64,000 nt of DNA from an uncultured Gammaproteobacteria bacterium (GCA_963803185.1 CAWDMF010000023.1:14034-78033), one strand, 5' to 3'; counted from the stretch's first letter, positions 46,333-57,813 are shown. Numbers and translations are program-made. The notes: generated by a model from the sequence alone, not told the origin.

Positions 46333-46714
46333 CAAATAATCAGGCTAGATCGGAACGTTCCTGAAAGACCAAAGTGCATATCGGTTTTTTTTACACTGTT
46401 ATACCGCTTGTCGGAAAACTCGCGAATAAGTGTCACTTTATGACAAATTTGTGTTGAAAAAATGTCATAACTGACTATAGTTACATCTAGCATTTAGCCA
46501 ATAACAGCCAAAAACTCTATAATTCATTTAAAATCAATTAGTTATTAAATGCAGGAGGACATGGTATAGCAACGGACTGATTGGATTTTCAGTTTAATAA
46601 TTGCACCCGTTGCAGAAAATGCATTCAAATAAATAAATAAAATGAGATATTTCGTGCTTAGTACGCACTGAATAATTGACTTTTTTTTAACCACTTAAGT
46701 TTATTTGGATCATT

Positions 46715-48913
46715 ATGATGACTTTAAATCAACAAGTTACTTCAGAGCGCAACCAATCATCAAAATATTCCAGAATCGCTGATCAGGCATTCTCCTGTGT
46801 TAATGAGCATTTGAAGATATTAATCAATCAAATGGTAAACAGTGCAGATAAAAAATTGTTTGATCTTGCTGAACAAGCCAGATCCGATGAAGAACAAATG
46901 AAATTCATGGACTGTACCCGTATATTTCAAACTGAAAGAAATGATATTAGTTATCACTTCTTTGAAAATTTAAATAACTCACTATCCCTAACCCAATCGA
47001 ATACAAATTCGACTTCCAGTGAAAATAATGAAGAGTTACGCCTGGTTGACCAGGATGAAATGGAAGAGATGGTTGCAATTACCACCATGCATGCAAAAGC
47101 AATGAATTTATTTGGCCTGGAGGTTAGTCATCTTGAGGCACGTCTTGAATACCTTGAACTGATGTGTGAAAAAAGTATAGATAAAGAATCGCTTGATCCA
47201 AAACACATATGTGAAATCTTTCAGAGAACAATTGAAAATGTAGAAATAGCCATTGATGTTAAATTAGTTTTCTACAAATTATTTGACCAGGAAGTCATCT
47301 CTAAACTTGGTGTGATGTATAAAACAATTAATCAGATTTTTATTGATAATGATGTTTTACCAGAAATTATACTGAATACAACGAAACAGGAAGAAATTGA
47401 AGAAGATGAAGATAAAGTTTCAACGCAGGTGGCAAGTTATTACGATCCAGCTAACAAGGTAGCAACTGATTTTATTCCCAGGTCAAATAAAGACTTCAGC
47501 CACATTGTCAATGAGTTTATGAGTGGAGAGATGACAATTTCAGGTGAAGAGCTGCAACTTCCAGAATCTTTTCTACGCACGCCAACACAACAGGATATAG
47601 AGGGCAAAAACTGTTATGAACGTAAGGAAGTAATAAAAGCACTGTCTACACTGCAACGTAAAATTACTTCATCACAAAAAGCACCTGAAAGTCTTACTGC
47701 AGAGCAAATTAAACAGGAATTAATTGCTGATATTAGTAAAGATCATGGTGGCATTATAGATAAAAAAGTTAATCTTCTTGATGAAAGAAGTATGGATTTT
47801 GTTGGTATGATGTTTAGCGCTATAGCTACTGATGATACAGTCTCAGAAATAATGACTAACCTTATATATCAGTTGCAAATACCGGTGATGAAAGTTGCCA
47901 TGATAGATAGATCATTATTCGAATCAGAAACTCATCCAGCAAGGGCAACAGTAGATTTACTGACGACTGCCGGAATGGGAATCAATTTGAAAGAAGACCG
48001 TATTTATTTTGAACTGGAAGAAATAGTTGATCATATTTTAGAAAAATTTGATATAGATATTGTGACCTTTGAGAAAGCCGTTGATGATCTGGAAAACATT
48101 ATCAAAAAGGAAGAACAGCTAACAACAGAAACAGAAAGACAACAACAAAAACAAATTTTGCAGGAGCATGCACGTAACATCGTTATTAGCCAGTTAAAGA
48201 TGGTCTCTTGTGAAAAACAAATACCAAATGATGTCAGACCTCTTGTTTTAAAACATTGGTCAACATTAATGCTAAATCGTTACATCCGTCATGGCCGCAA
48301 TAGCGAACAATGGGTACAGTCAGTTCTGCTACTTAAATTGTTGCTTAAATGCATACAACCAATAAAGTACCATTCACAATACAAGATACTGAAAAAAAAC
48401 CACATGGCGCTATTACAGGCCGTCAATGATGAGTTATATACTACAAAACAGGATAAAAACGATATAGCTAAGCAAATGGCTGAGCTTAAGTCATATTTTT
48501 TACAGCTGATTGATGATTATGGTTTTAAGGTTGTTGATGGCAACAAAAATAACATAGCCGAAGAGCCAGTAGATGAAACATCAGCGGATACCACTGAAGA
48601 CGAATTAGAACATGTTAAACAGCAAACAAACATTGCCAGAGAAAAACTCGCAAAACTGACAAGCAGCACTAAACCGGGTGTCTGGTATGAAATATATAAT
48701 GGTGAAGATAAAGCAGTAAGACGCCTTAAACTTTCAGTTATATTAACGGATGCTGCAAAATTAATTTTTGTTGACAGGAAGGGCGTTAAAATTATTGAAA
48801 AAGACGCAGAAGAATTTGCTAAAGAACTTGAAGAAAATCGCTCCCGTATATTAGCTGATCATTCGACTTTTGATCATGCATTAGCTAATGTAATCAGCGT
48901 ACTTGCGGCTTAA
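46715..48913 (+). CDS. DUF1631-like large cytoplasmic protein
   Basis: Size and N-terminal pattern (…NSADKKLFDLAEQARSDEEQMKFMDCTRIFQTERNDI…) resemble DUF1631. The function is unknown. Confidence 0.5.
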   Translation: MMTLNQQVTSERNQSSKYSRIADQAFSCVNEHLKILINQMVNSADKKLFDLAEQARSDEEQMKFMDCTRIFQTERNDISYHFFENLNNSLSLTQSNTNSTSSENNEELRLVDQDEMEEMVAITTMHAKAMNLFGLEVSHLEARLEYLELMCEKSIDKESLDPKHICEIFQRTIENVEIAIDVKLVFYKLFDQEVISKLGVMYKTINQIFIDNDVLPEIILNTTKQEEIEEDEDKVSTQVASYYDPANKVATDFIPRSNKDFSHIVNEFMSGEMTISGEELQLPESFLRTPTQQDIEGKNCYERKEVIKALSTLQRKITSSQKAPESLTAEQIKQELIADISKDHGGIIDKKVNLLDERSMDFVGMMFSAIATDDTVSEIMTNLIYQLQIPVMKVAMIDRSLFESETHPARATVDLLTTAGMGINLKEDRIYFELEEIVDHILEKFDIDIVTFEKAVDDLENIIKKEEQLTTETERQQQKQILQEHARNIVISQLKMVSCEKQIPNDVRPLVLKHWSTLMLNRYIRHGRNSEQWVQSVLLLKLLLKCIQPIKYHSQYKILKKNHMALLQAVNDELYTTKQDKNDIAKQMAELKSYFLQLIDDYGFKVVDGNKNNIAEEPVDETSADTTEDELEHVKQQTNIAREKLAKLTSSTKPGVWYEIYNGEDKAVRRLKLSVILTDAAKLIFVDRKGVKIIEKDAEEFAKELEENRSRILADHSTFDHALANVISVLAA

Positions 48914-48973
48914 AACAGTTATTGGCAATGGTTTTTAATCTAATTATATCTGCTGTTTAAATTTTTATCTTAA

Positions 48974-49002
48974 AGTTAAACCTGTAGCAGGTTTAACTTT
49001 TT
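48974..49002 (+). terminator. Terminator hairpin after the DUF1631 gene
   Basis: agttaaacctg-tag-caggtttaact forms an 11-bp stem followed by tttt. It overlaps the last codons of the convergent DsbA-like gene. Confidence 0.5.
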
Positions 49003-49618
49003 AAATATTTGTTTAATAATATTATCACTATTATTGTAATCAATATGTAATGCAGTATCAGCAGTGGCCCGGGATAAAACCAGGGCAGGGAAACTGCTCA
49101 CATGCAACTTTCTAGCCAGTAACAGTTCTTTTTCTAACGCATTACGGCATCTACTGCTTTTATAATCACGCAAAAAGGTATCAGTGTTAAGCCCTGTATC
49201 ACCAGCAAGCTTTAGTAACACATCGTCATCAGATGGATTTTTTGCATCAAGGTAATAAGCCTGTTGAATTGCCAATATCATACTCTTTTTCTAACAGTGG
49301 CTGCTGCATTTTACCGGCGATAACTGCTCGACAGGAAGGGTAGGTAGAGCGGCGTGGTTGGCAAATTGTCCAGAAATCATAGTTGAATTCGGTACCAGGT
49401 ATTTCTCGCTGAATTCGTTGCCAGTTACTCCTGATACTGATCTGCATGTTAGCAGGCATTGGCTGATCAGTATCAGGAGCCAATCCACCTAAAACATACT
49501 GAATATGTACTTTATCCTGTAACTCATCCTGCACCTGATCCCATACCGGACGAAACCCCCAGCACCAGCTGCACATTGGGTCATGAATATAATAAAGCGT
49601 TGCTAACGACTGCTTCAT
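48976..49618 (-). pseudogene. DsbA-family thiol:disulfide oxidoreductase-like gene split by a single frameshift
   Basis: The N-terminal ORF has DPMCSWCWGF (CxxC) and the C-terminal ORF has AIQQAYYLDAKNPSD.... The two halves join if one nt of the homopolymer at 49286..49290 is removed. Confidence 0.65.
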
Positions 49619-49631
49619 TTTTTAATGATTC

Positions 49632-49913
49632 TTAACCGTACTCACATAAATATGCACAGTCTGCCGCTAGCTTTACATTAAATTCACTGTTTTCCGCGAT
49701 CTCAAAAGACTGGCCCGCTGTGTATGTTTTTACTTCAGTTTCAGCCTTAAGTTGAATGCCAAGCTCACCACTTATGACGGTCATCTTTTCTTTGTCACTG
49801 GTATTAAACACATATTCACCCGCTGCCATCACGCCAACGGTGGCCGGTTTATCTTTGCCCTGAAAAGCAATTGATTTAACCCTGCCAGCAAAATAATCAT
49901 TGGTTTTAAACAT
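49632..49913 (-). CDS. ppnP: Pyrimidine/purine nucleoside phosphorylase PpnP (YaiE)
   Basis: 93-aa cupin protein, collinear with E. coli YaiE (NDYFAGRVKSI...GEY.F.T...E.MTVISG...YLCEY). Confidence 0.85.
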   Translation of the reverse strand: MFKTNDYFAGRVKSIAFQGKDKPATVGVMAAGEYVFNTSDKEKMTVISGELGIQLKAETEVKTYTAGQSFEIAENSEFNVKLAADCAYLCEYG

Positions 49914-50086
49914 AAAAATACCTCTTAAAATTTTTACGGATACAGATGCATATAAGCCTGATGTTTCATAATAGCGTTTATATAGATGATTTTTTCAACC
50001 TGGCTCATTATAGAGTTTTAGAAAATTCTGCATTTCCATGAAATAAACAGGTTAATGCCTGCAAATTAGCATCTATTCATAACGTA

Positions 50087-50115
50087 TTGATATTGCAATA
50101 TTTTTCATGTATTAT
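50087..50115 (+). promoter_or_regulatory. Candidate sigma-70 promoter for the rhodanese/HMA pair
   Basis: TTGATA, a 17-nt spacer, then TATTAT, 32 nt upstream of the ATG at 50148. Confidence 0.35.
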
Positions 50116-50147
50116 AGTGGGTCAATATTCCTAACGCTATTAGTTTT

Positions 50148-50438
50148 ATGATATTCGAAAAATACTGTTGTAATGTTGTTCAGAAAATTTTAAGCGAAGG
50201 CGGGCAGCTTATAGATGTACGCTCAGCTATAGAATTCAGCCAGGGTGCTTTAAATGGCGCCGTGAATATGCCGATTGCTGACTTTCAATACCTGAAAGAC
50301 GATATTGATAGCTCAAAACCTGTGTTACTGTATTGCCGCACAGGCGCTCGATCTGGTGTCGTTAAGAACTATCTGGAACAGCTCGGCTTTGATCAGGTCC
50401 ATAACATAGGCGGCATTCGGCAATTTCTGGATTGCTAA
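50148..50438 (+). CDS. Single-domain rhodanese sulfurtransferase
   Basis: IDVRS..EF..G...GAVNMP and the active-site loop YCRTGARS. Confidence 0.8.
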   Translation: MIFEKYCCNVVQKILSEGGQLIDVRSAIEFSQGALNGAVNMPIADFQYLKDDIDSSKPVLLYCRTGARSGVVKNYLEQLGFDQVHNIGGIRQFLDC

Positions 50439-50458
50439 AGCACTACACGAGTGAAACA

Positions 50459-50734
50459 ATGACTTACGAAATTGCAGTAGAAAATATTAAATGTGGTGGC
50501 TGTGCCAGCACCATTACCAGGCGATTGAATGCACTGGATGCAGTCAGTGACTGTCAGGTTGATGTTGAAACTGGCGTGGTTAGCATAACAGGTGATGAAT
50601 CCAGCAAAACGGAAGTCACTCAATTATTGTTAAACTTGGGTTACCCTGAATCTGGCACAGCAGAAGGCCTGAAAGCGGCTAAAGCCAAGGCAAAATCATT
50701 TGTCAGTTGCGCTGTTGGTAAAATGAGCTCTTAA
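50459..50734 (+). CDS. Heavy-metal-associated (HMA) domain protein
   Basis: MTYEIAVENIKCGGCASTITRRL has a CxxC metal-binding motif in a ferredoxin-like fold. Confidence 0.75.
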   Translation: MTYEIAVENIKCGGCASTITRRLNALDAVSDCQVDVETGVVSITGDESSKTEVTQLLLNLGYPESGTAEGLKAAKAKAKSFVSCAVGKMSS

Positions 50735-50750
50735 CCAGGCCTCCTTAATT

Positions 50751-50867
50751 AAAAGAAAGTTGGCAGTTAGCAGTTGTCAGTAGTTTAAAAAACTACTACA
50801 GCTTTAAAAGACAGTATTTTTGCTTTTAACTAATAACTGCCTACTGCACAACTAATAACTTTCTTTT
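50751..50867. repeat. Intergenic palindromic element (arms built of CAGTTAG/CAGTTGT words)
   Basis: The terminal 11-bp aaaagaaagtt pairs perfectly with aactttctttt. The inner arms are ggcagttagcagttgtcagtag and ctaataactgcctactgcacaactaat. The element ends 1 nt before the queA ATG. Confidence 0.75.
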
Positions 50868-50868
50868 C

Positions 50869-51918
50869 ATGAAAACGCGCGAATTCCATTACAAACTTCC
50901 TCAGCAGCTAATCGCACAAAAACCCAGTGAAGTGCGTTCACAGAGTCGTTTATTACATTACTCACGTACCGATCAAGCAATCAAACACCTTCAATTTAGC
51001 AATATTGTTGATCTGCTAAAACCAGGTGATTTACTGGTGTTTAACAATACCCGCGTCATTCCAGCACGAATTTATGGTTACAAAGACACCGGCGGCAAAG
51101 TTGAAATATTGATCGAACGGTTAATTTCCGAGTTCCGCTGTCTCGCCCATGTAAAAGCCAGCAAAACACCTAAACCCGGCAGCAAACTGATACTAAGCAA
51201 TCCTGAGAAAGAGCATCAGCTTAAGCAGCAGCAATTTTCCGTTTCAGTTGCAGGTCGTGAAGGTGATTTATTTGTACTTAACTCAGAAACAGGCAGTACC
51301 ATGGCTGAGATTATGGAAAGCATCGGTCATATGCCTTTACCACCCTATATTAGCCGTGAAGATACCATGGATGATTTTTCTCGCTATCAGACCGTTTATG
51401 CCGACAATCCCGGTGCTGTCGCGGCACCTACTGCGGGTTTGCATTTTGATCTAGCATTACTCGATAAGCTTAAAGACAAAGGGGTGGATTCTGCATTTGT
51501 CACACTTCACGTCGGCGCCGGTACGTTTCAACCGGTACGAAGTGAGCAGATTGAAGACCATGAAATGCATTTTGAATATCTCGAGGTAGCACAGGAAACG
51601 GTCGATAAATGCCTGTATACACGACAAAATGGTGGCCGCATAATTGCTGTCGGCACCACGACCGTGCGCTCACTGGAAACCGCTGCTCAAAACGGGCAGT
51701 TGCAAGCATACACTGGTGAAACCGATATATTTATCTATCCCGGTTATCAGTTCAAAAGCATTGATGCTTTAATCACTAATTTTCATTTACCGGAATCAAC
51801 ATTATTGATGTTAATTAGTGCATTTGCAGGTAAAGATGAGATGATGCGCTGTTATAAAGAAGCTGTAGCTGAGGAGTACCGTTTTTTCAGTTATGGCGAT
51901 GCCATGTTTATAAGCTAG
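50869..51918 (+). CDS. queA: S-adenosylmethionine:tRNA ribosyltransferase-isomerase
   Basis: Full-length QueA (…PPYI.RE…VAAPTAGLHF…GTTTVRSLE…FFSYGDAMFI). Confidence 0.9.
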   Translation: MKTREFHYKLPQQLIAQKPSEVRSQSRLLHYSRTDQAIKHLQFSNIVDLLKPGDLLVFNNTRVIPARIYGYKDTGGKVEILIERLISEFRCLAHVKASKTPKPGSKLILSNPEKEHQLKQQQFSVSVAGREGDLFVLNSETGSTMAEIMESIGHMPLPPYISREDTMDDFSRYQTVYADNPGAVAAPTAGLHFDLALLDKLKDKGVDSAFVTLHVGAGTFQPVRSEQIEDHEMHFEYLEVAQETVDKCLYTRQNGGRIIAVGTTTVRSLETAAQNGQLQAYTGETDIFIYPGYQFKSIDALITNFHLPESTLLMLISAFAGKDEMMRCYKEAVAEEYRFFSYGDAMFIS

Positions 51919-53099
<1,181 letters not shown>

Positions 53100-53111
53100 G
53101 TAAATTTGTCC

Positions 53112-53385
53112 ATTAGCGCGAAGCAGGCAGTTAACGCAAAGTTGGCAAAAAAGCTTAGAAAACTTAAGAACTTAGTCCGCGAAGAACGCAAAAGACGCAA
53201 AGGAAAAACAAAACACCTATTGTGTTATCTTGAACCATAGTGAAAGATCTTAACGCTTATAGGCTCCACAAAGGACGCAAGATCCTTCACTATCGTTCAG
53301 ATGACATTACTTCATTGTTGTTTTTCTTCGCGCTTATTTCGCGCTTTTGCGTTCTTCGCGGACAAAATTCTTTTAAGGTTCTTCA
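53112..53385. repeat. Intergenic palindromic element, copy E (arms built of CGCGAAGAACGCAAAAG words)
   Basis: gtccgcgaagaacgcaaaagacgcaaagg pairs with ..cgcgcttttgcgttcttcgcggac. The central hairpin is gtgaaagatctt...aagatccttcac. ORF 53240..53515 lies inside it and is spurious. Confidence 0.8.
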
Positions 53386-53574
53386 TCGTCTGGGTCGAAT
53401 TCAGCCTTTGAGAACAGCATATGCTGGCTATCTGTCTATCGTTGTCGCCTTATTTATTATTACCAATAAAAACCACAGTAACACCCCCGTTTGTGGCATA
53501 ATACCGCGCCATTAAAAGGCATAATTAAACGCCTTATTTTTTAAGAAGACTAGTTTCAATAACCGAGGTTAAAC

Positions 53575-53913
53575 ATGAGTTTTTTCATTTCTGACGCAAT
53601 GGCTGATGCCGGCGCAGCCGCTAGCCAAACAGCTGATCCACTGACTTCATTAATATTACCGATTGGTCTGGTGGTATTGTTTTATTTTTTCCTGATTCGT
53701 CCTCAAAGCAAACGCCAGAAAGAACATAAAAAAATGGTTAATGAACTGCAAAAAGGCGAAGAAATATTAACTTCCGGCGGCATCCTGGGAAAAGTCACCA
53801 ACATTAATGATGACTTTGTCACACTGGAAATCGCCAAGGATGTTTCATTAAAAATACAAAAAAGTGCGGTACAAACTATAATGCCTAAAGGCACTATTAA
53901 AGAGCAAAGTTAA
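53575..53913 (+). CDS. yajC: Preprotein translocase subunit YajC
   Basis: LILPIGLVVLFYFFLIRPQSKRQKEHKKM... is typical of YajC. Synteny tgt-yajC-secDF. Confidence 0.9.
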   Translation: MSFFISDAMADAGAAASQTADPLTSLILPIGLVVLFYFFLIRPQSKRQKEHKKMVNELQKGEEILTSGGILGKVTNINDDFVTLEIAKDVSLKIQKSAVQTIMPKGTIKEQS

Positions 53914-54002
53914 CGTTACAGAAAAGACCGTTAAATCTTTTGCAAACGAAAACGCCAACCATTAATCATTCACTATAAAAAAATAATCAGGAACACTCAG
54001 CC

Positions 54003-55853
54003 ATGCTGAATCAATATCCACTGTGGAAATATATCTTACTTGTTGTGGTACTGTTTTTCGCCAGTATCTATGCCTTACCTAACGTGTACGGTGAAGACCC
54101 TGCGGTTCAAATTAGCCATCGTACAAAATCTTTAACTGAAGAGGATAAACTGGCTGTAACACAGGCTCTCAGTGAAAGGCAAATAACCATTAAATCAACT
54201 GAGATTGAACAGGGGAGCATCCTGGTTCGTTTCAATGATACAGAAACACAGCTGGTTGCTGCCGAAGCATTGAAACAGGCGCTGGGTAAACAACATTTAA
54301 TCGCACTTAACCTGGCACCGGCAACACCGGATTGGTTACGCGCCCTAAACGCTGTCCCCATGTATTTAGGTCTGGATTTACGCGGTGGCGTACATTTTCT
54401 TATGGAGGTGGACATGGTGGCCGCCATTAAACGCCTGGAAGAAAGCATGTTATCGGATATTCGCAGCTATTTACGCGAAGAGAAAATTCGCTACCGTGGC
54501 GTACGTCGGGATGATAAGGGTTTACACATTACCTTTCGTGAACTGGCTAACCTTCAGCAGGCCGCTGAGAAATTACCACGACAGTTCCGTGATCTTGAAT
54601 TTACTGAAAATGAAGAAACCTTAACCATTAATGCAACGCTAATTGAGCTGGCGATAAGAAATGAAAAAAAATCTGCCCTGCAGCAAAATATTATTACCCT
54701 GCGCAATCGTGTCAACGAACTGGGTGTTGCAGAACCTCAAATCCAGCAACAGGGCAGTTCGCGCATCGTTGTACAACTGCCAGGCATACAGGATACTGCC
54801 GGTGCGAAAAAGATTCTTGGTGCAACCGCAACGCTTGAATTCAGGCTGGCTGAAGGCACACGTGCCGACTGGCTTGAAGCCGAACAAAGTGGGCGTACAC
54901 CACTCAACGCTATTCTCTACCATGAACGTGATGGCAGCCCGGTATTGTTAAATCGCCGAGTCATCGTTACCGGTGACCAGATTATCGATGCTGCTTCTAC
55001 CTTTGACAGTCAAAAGGGCACACCAGCAGTGTCGGTCAGGCTAAACAACAAAGGCGCCAGTAAGATGGGCGATACCACACGTGACAACATCGGTAATCCT
55101 ATGGGTGTGGTGTTTATCGAAAATAAAATCGAAACCAAAAAAGTTGGCGACACCATCACAAAACATCGCACAACAACAAAAGAAGTGATCAACGTTGCAA
55201 CCATCCAGGGGCAGTTCAGCAACCGCTTCCAGATTACCGGACTGGAATCAATGGAAGCCCGCGACCTGGCATTATTACTTCGCGCTGGTTCCTTACGTGC
55301 CCCGGTTGAAATCATCGAGGAACGCACTGTCGGTCCAAGCCTGGGTAAAGACAACATTAATAAAGGTTTCATGTCTGTTGTTATCGGCTTCTGCCTGGTA
55401 CTGGTATTTATGATGGTTTATTACAAGGGTTTTGGTCTCATCGCCAATCTGGCATTAACCGCAAACCTGGTCATCATCATTGCAGTACTTTCTTTCCTGC
55501 AGGCGACATTAACCCTGCCGGGTATTGCCGGCATCGTCTTAACCGTCGGTATGGCGGTGGATGCTAACGTGCTTATATTTGAGCGTATAAAAGAAGAAAT
55601 TAAAAACGGAAACTCACCGCAGGCAAGTATTCATGCCGGTTATGAAAAAGCCTTCAGCACCATTATCGATGCCAATGTCACCACCTTTATTGCCGCCATT
55701 GTATTATTTACCCTGGGTGCAGGGCCGGTAAAAGGTTTTGCCATCACCTTGTGCATCGGCATTTTAACATCGATGTTTACCGCTATTGTTGGCACACGTT
55801 CAGTGGTTAACCTGGTATACGGTAATCACGACATTAAAAAACTATCTATATAA
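54003..55853 (+). CDS. secD: Protein translocase subunit SecD
   Basis: Full-length SecD with a large periplasmic domain and a C-terminal six-TM bundle. Confidence 0.9.
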   Translation: MLNQYPLWKYILLVVVLFFASIYALPNVYGEDPAVQISHRTKSLTEEDKLAVTQALSERQITIKSTEIEQGSILVRFNDTETQLVAAEALKQALGKQHLIALNLAPATPDWLRALNAVPMYLGLDLRGGVHFLMEVDMVAAIKRLEESMLSDIRSYLREEKIRYRGVRRDDKGLHITFRELANLQQAAEKLPRQFRDLEFTENEETLTINATLIELAIRNEKKSALQQNIITLRNRVNELGVAEPQIQQQGSSRIVVQLPGIQDTAGAKKILGATATLEFRLAEGTRADWLEAEQSGRTPLNAILYHERDGSPVLLNRRVIVTGDQIIDAASTFDSQKGTPAVSVRLNNKGASKMGDTTRDNIGNPMGVVFIENKIETKKVGDTITKHRTTTKEVINVATIQGQFSNRFQITGLESMEARDLALLLRAGSLRAPVEIIEERTVGPSLGKDNINKGFMSVVIGFCLVLVFMMVYYKGFGLIANLALTANLVIIIAVLSFLQATLTLPGIAGIVLTVGMAVDANVLIFERIKEEIKNGNSPQASIHAGYEKAFSTIIDANVTTFIAAIVLFTLGAGPVKGFAITLCIGILTSMFTAIVGTRSVVNLVYGNHDIKKLSI

Positions 55854-55949
55854 TGGCATCTGGATTAATTCATTAATCAATATCCTGAATTAATCCAGAC
55901 AGCCATAAAACGATCAATAAAAAATAATTCACAGGTTCAGGTAAGTAAC

Positions 55950-56891
55950 ATGTCACAAACACAAACAGGCAATAAAGTTTTGATTAACTTCATGAGCAAA
56001 AGAAAACAGGCAATGGTTTTTTCATTATTATTAATGATTGCTTCCCTGGGAAGTATCATCGTAAACGGGTTAAACCTGGGCATCGATTTTACCGGCGGTT
56101 ATTTAATTGAAGCCGGTTACCAGAATGATGTAAACCTTGATGAAGTAAGATCCGCTTTAGCCAATGCAAGATTTAAAGATGCCCAGGTGCAACACTTTGG
56201 CTCATCAAAAGATATTATTGTCCGCATTGCACCACGCGCAGATATCAATAAAGCCGAAATTGGCGATAGCATTTTAACTGTGCTAAAAACAACATCGCAG
56301 CAGGAAGTAATCATGCGCCGTGTTGAGTTCGTTGGCCCGCAGGTAGGCGATGAATTACGCGATGATGGTGGCATTGCATTATTAGTCGCTCTCGGTTTCA
56401 TTCTTATTTATATCAGCCTGCGTTTTCAGTTTAAATCGGCTGTAGGTGCCATCCTGGCATTGGTTCATGATGTCGTTATAACCGTTGGGATTTTCTCAAT
56501 ATTACAAATAGAATTTGACCTTACTGTACTGGCATCCATCCTGGCAGTGATTGGTTATTCGTTAAATGACACCGTTGTGGTTCTTGACCGTATCCGTGAA
56601 ACATTCCGAAGTATCCGCAAAACGTCACCTGAAGATATCTTAAATATTTCGATCAACCAGACAATGGCACGAACATTAGTCACATCGCTAACCACTTTAT
56701 TAGTGTTATTCGCCCTGTTCTTTTTCGGCGGTGAGATTATTCATGGTTTTGCACTGGCATTAATAATAGGTGTTATTGTCGGTACTTACTCTTCTATTTA
56801 TATTGCAAGCAGCACATTGATGATAATGAAAATTCATAAACAGGATTTTCTGGTTGAAGCCAAGGAAGTGCTGGTAGACGATGCGCCTTAG
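55950..56891 (+). CDS. secF: Protein translocase subunit SecF
   Basis: Full-length SecF (…GIDFTGG…, …SLNDTVVVLDRIRE…). Confidence 0.9.
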   Translation: MSQTQTGNKVLINFMSKRKQAMVFSLLLMIASLGSIIVNGLNLGIDFTGGYLIEAGYQNDVNLDEVRSALANARFKDAQVQHFGSSKDIIVRIAPRADINKAEIGDSILTVLKTTSQQEVIMRRVEFVGPQVGDELRDDGGIALLVALGFILIYISLRFQFKSAVGAILALVHDVVITVGIFSILQIEFDLTVLASILAVIGYSLNDTVVVLDRIRETFRSIRKTSPEDILNISINQTMARTLVTSLTTLLVLFALFFFGGEIIHGFALALIIGVIVGTYSSIYIASSTLMIMKIHKQDFLVEAKEVLVDDAP

Positions 56892-56927
56892 GGGTTGGCG
56901 GAGATAACAAAAAGTTAGTTGCCCCTT

Positions 56928-57074
56928 AAAAAAAATTCAAAAACAATACACCACAGAGGCACAGAGTACACAGAGTAAGCTTGTATTGTTATCAGCACCT
57001 CTGCTGAAGGCGCTGATAACAACTTAAAACTCTGTGCTCTCTGTGCCTCTGTGGTGAAAGTCTTTTTAAATTTT
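56928..57074. repeat. Intergenic palindromic element, copy C (arms built of CACAGAGG words)
   Basis: caccacagaggcacagagtacacagag pairs with ctctgtgctctctgtgcctctgtggtg. The central hairpin is ttgttatcag...ctgataacaa, and the right flank is aaagtctttttaaatttt. Confidence 0.8.
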
Positions 57075-57084
57075 ATCTTTGTAA

Positions 57085-57789
57085 TTACTCTAGGTTTACC
57101 ACCGTCTGGAAATCCTTAACAATAGTTTTCGGATCATGCGGTGGATTAAAAAAAGCAACGAGTTTGCCTTCAGGGTTAAGCAATAAAAGTGCAGCACTGT
57201 GGTCTATAAGATAACCGCCGTCAGCCGAAGCGGTTGCTGAATTATTATCCACTGGCATTTTCATATACACTACACTCATTTGCAGGGTTAAGGCTTTTAT
57301 TAGTTTTTCATCCCCAGTAACAGCAATAAAATCGTTGTCAAAATACTGAACATACTCAGACAGCATATCCACCTTATCACGCTCAGGATCAACAGAGATA
57401 AAAATAACTTGAGGAAACAGGTGATTATTCTCAGTAGCTATTTTCTTAGCCTGTGCAACCACACCCATCGTTGTCGGGCAAATATCAGGACAATGTGTAT
57501 AACCAAAAAACAGCAAACTCCAGTGCCCGGTTAAATCATCGAGTGTGAAAACACTGCCATCATCTTTAACTAGCGCAGGAACTGCAATCTTACGTGCAGG
57601 TGAGAGAATCGTGCCCTGAATTGGTGAAAAGTTTTTTCGAGCTTCAGCCAGTGCTCTTTCATTGGCCTGCTGTTTAATATTTTCAAGAACTTCTTCGTTA
57701 TCGCCTTGCAGCAGCAAAGATAACCCGAAGCCTGCTGACATGGCGATCACCGCAGTGATAACAATAAGGCTTTTATTTTTTATTGACAT
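57085..57789 (-). CDS. SCO1/SenC copper chaperone
   Basis: TM anchor; FFGYTHCPDICPTTM (CxxxC); ...DHSAALLLLNPEG. Confidence 0.85.
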   Translation of the reverse strand: MSIKNKSLIVITAVIAMSAGFGLSLLLQGDNEEVLENIKQQANERALAEARKNFSPIQGTILSPARKIAVPALVKDDGSVFTLDDLTGHWSLLFFGYTHCPDICPTTMGVVAQAKKIATENNHLFPQVIFISVDPERDKVDMLSEYVQYFDNDFIAVTGDEKLIKALTLQMSVVYMKMPVDNNSATASADGGYLIDHSAALLLLNPEGKLVAFFNPPHDPKTIVKDFQTVVNLE

Positions 57790-57813
57790 ATTGACTGTAG
57801 TACCATGATTAAA

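Noticed and set aside
53240-53515. 91-aa ORF on the + strand.
   Set aside because: It lies inside palindromic element E. Its sequence (…FFFALISRFCVLRGQ…) is the translation of the repeat arms, and it has no SD or homology.
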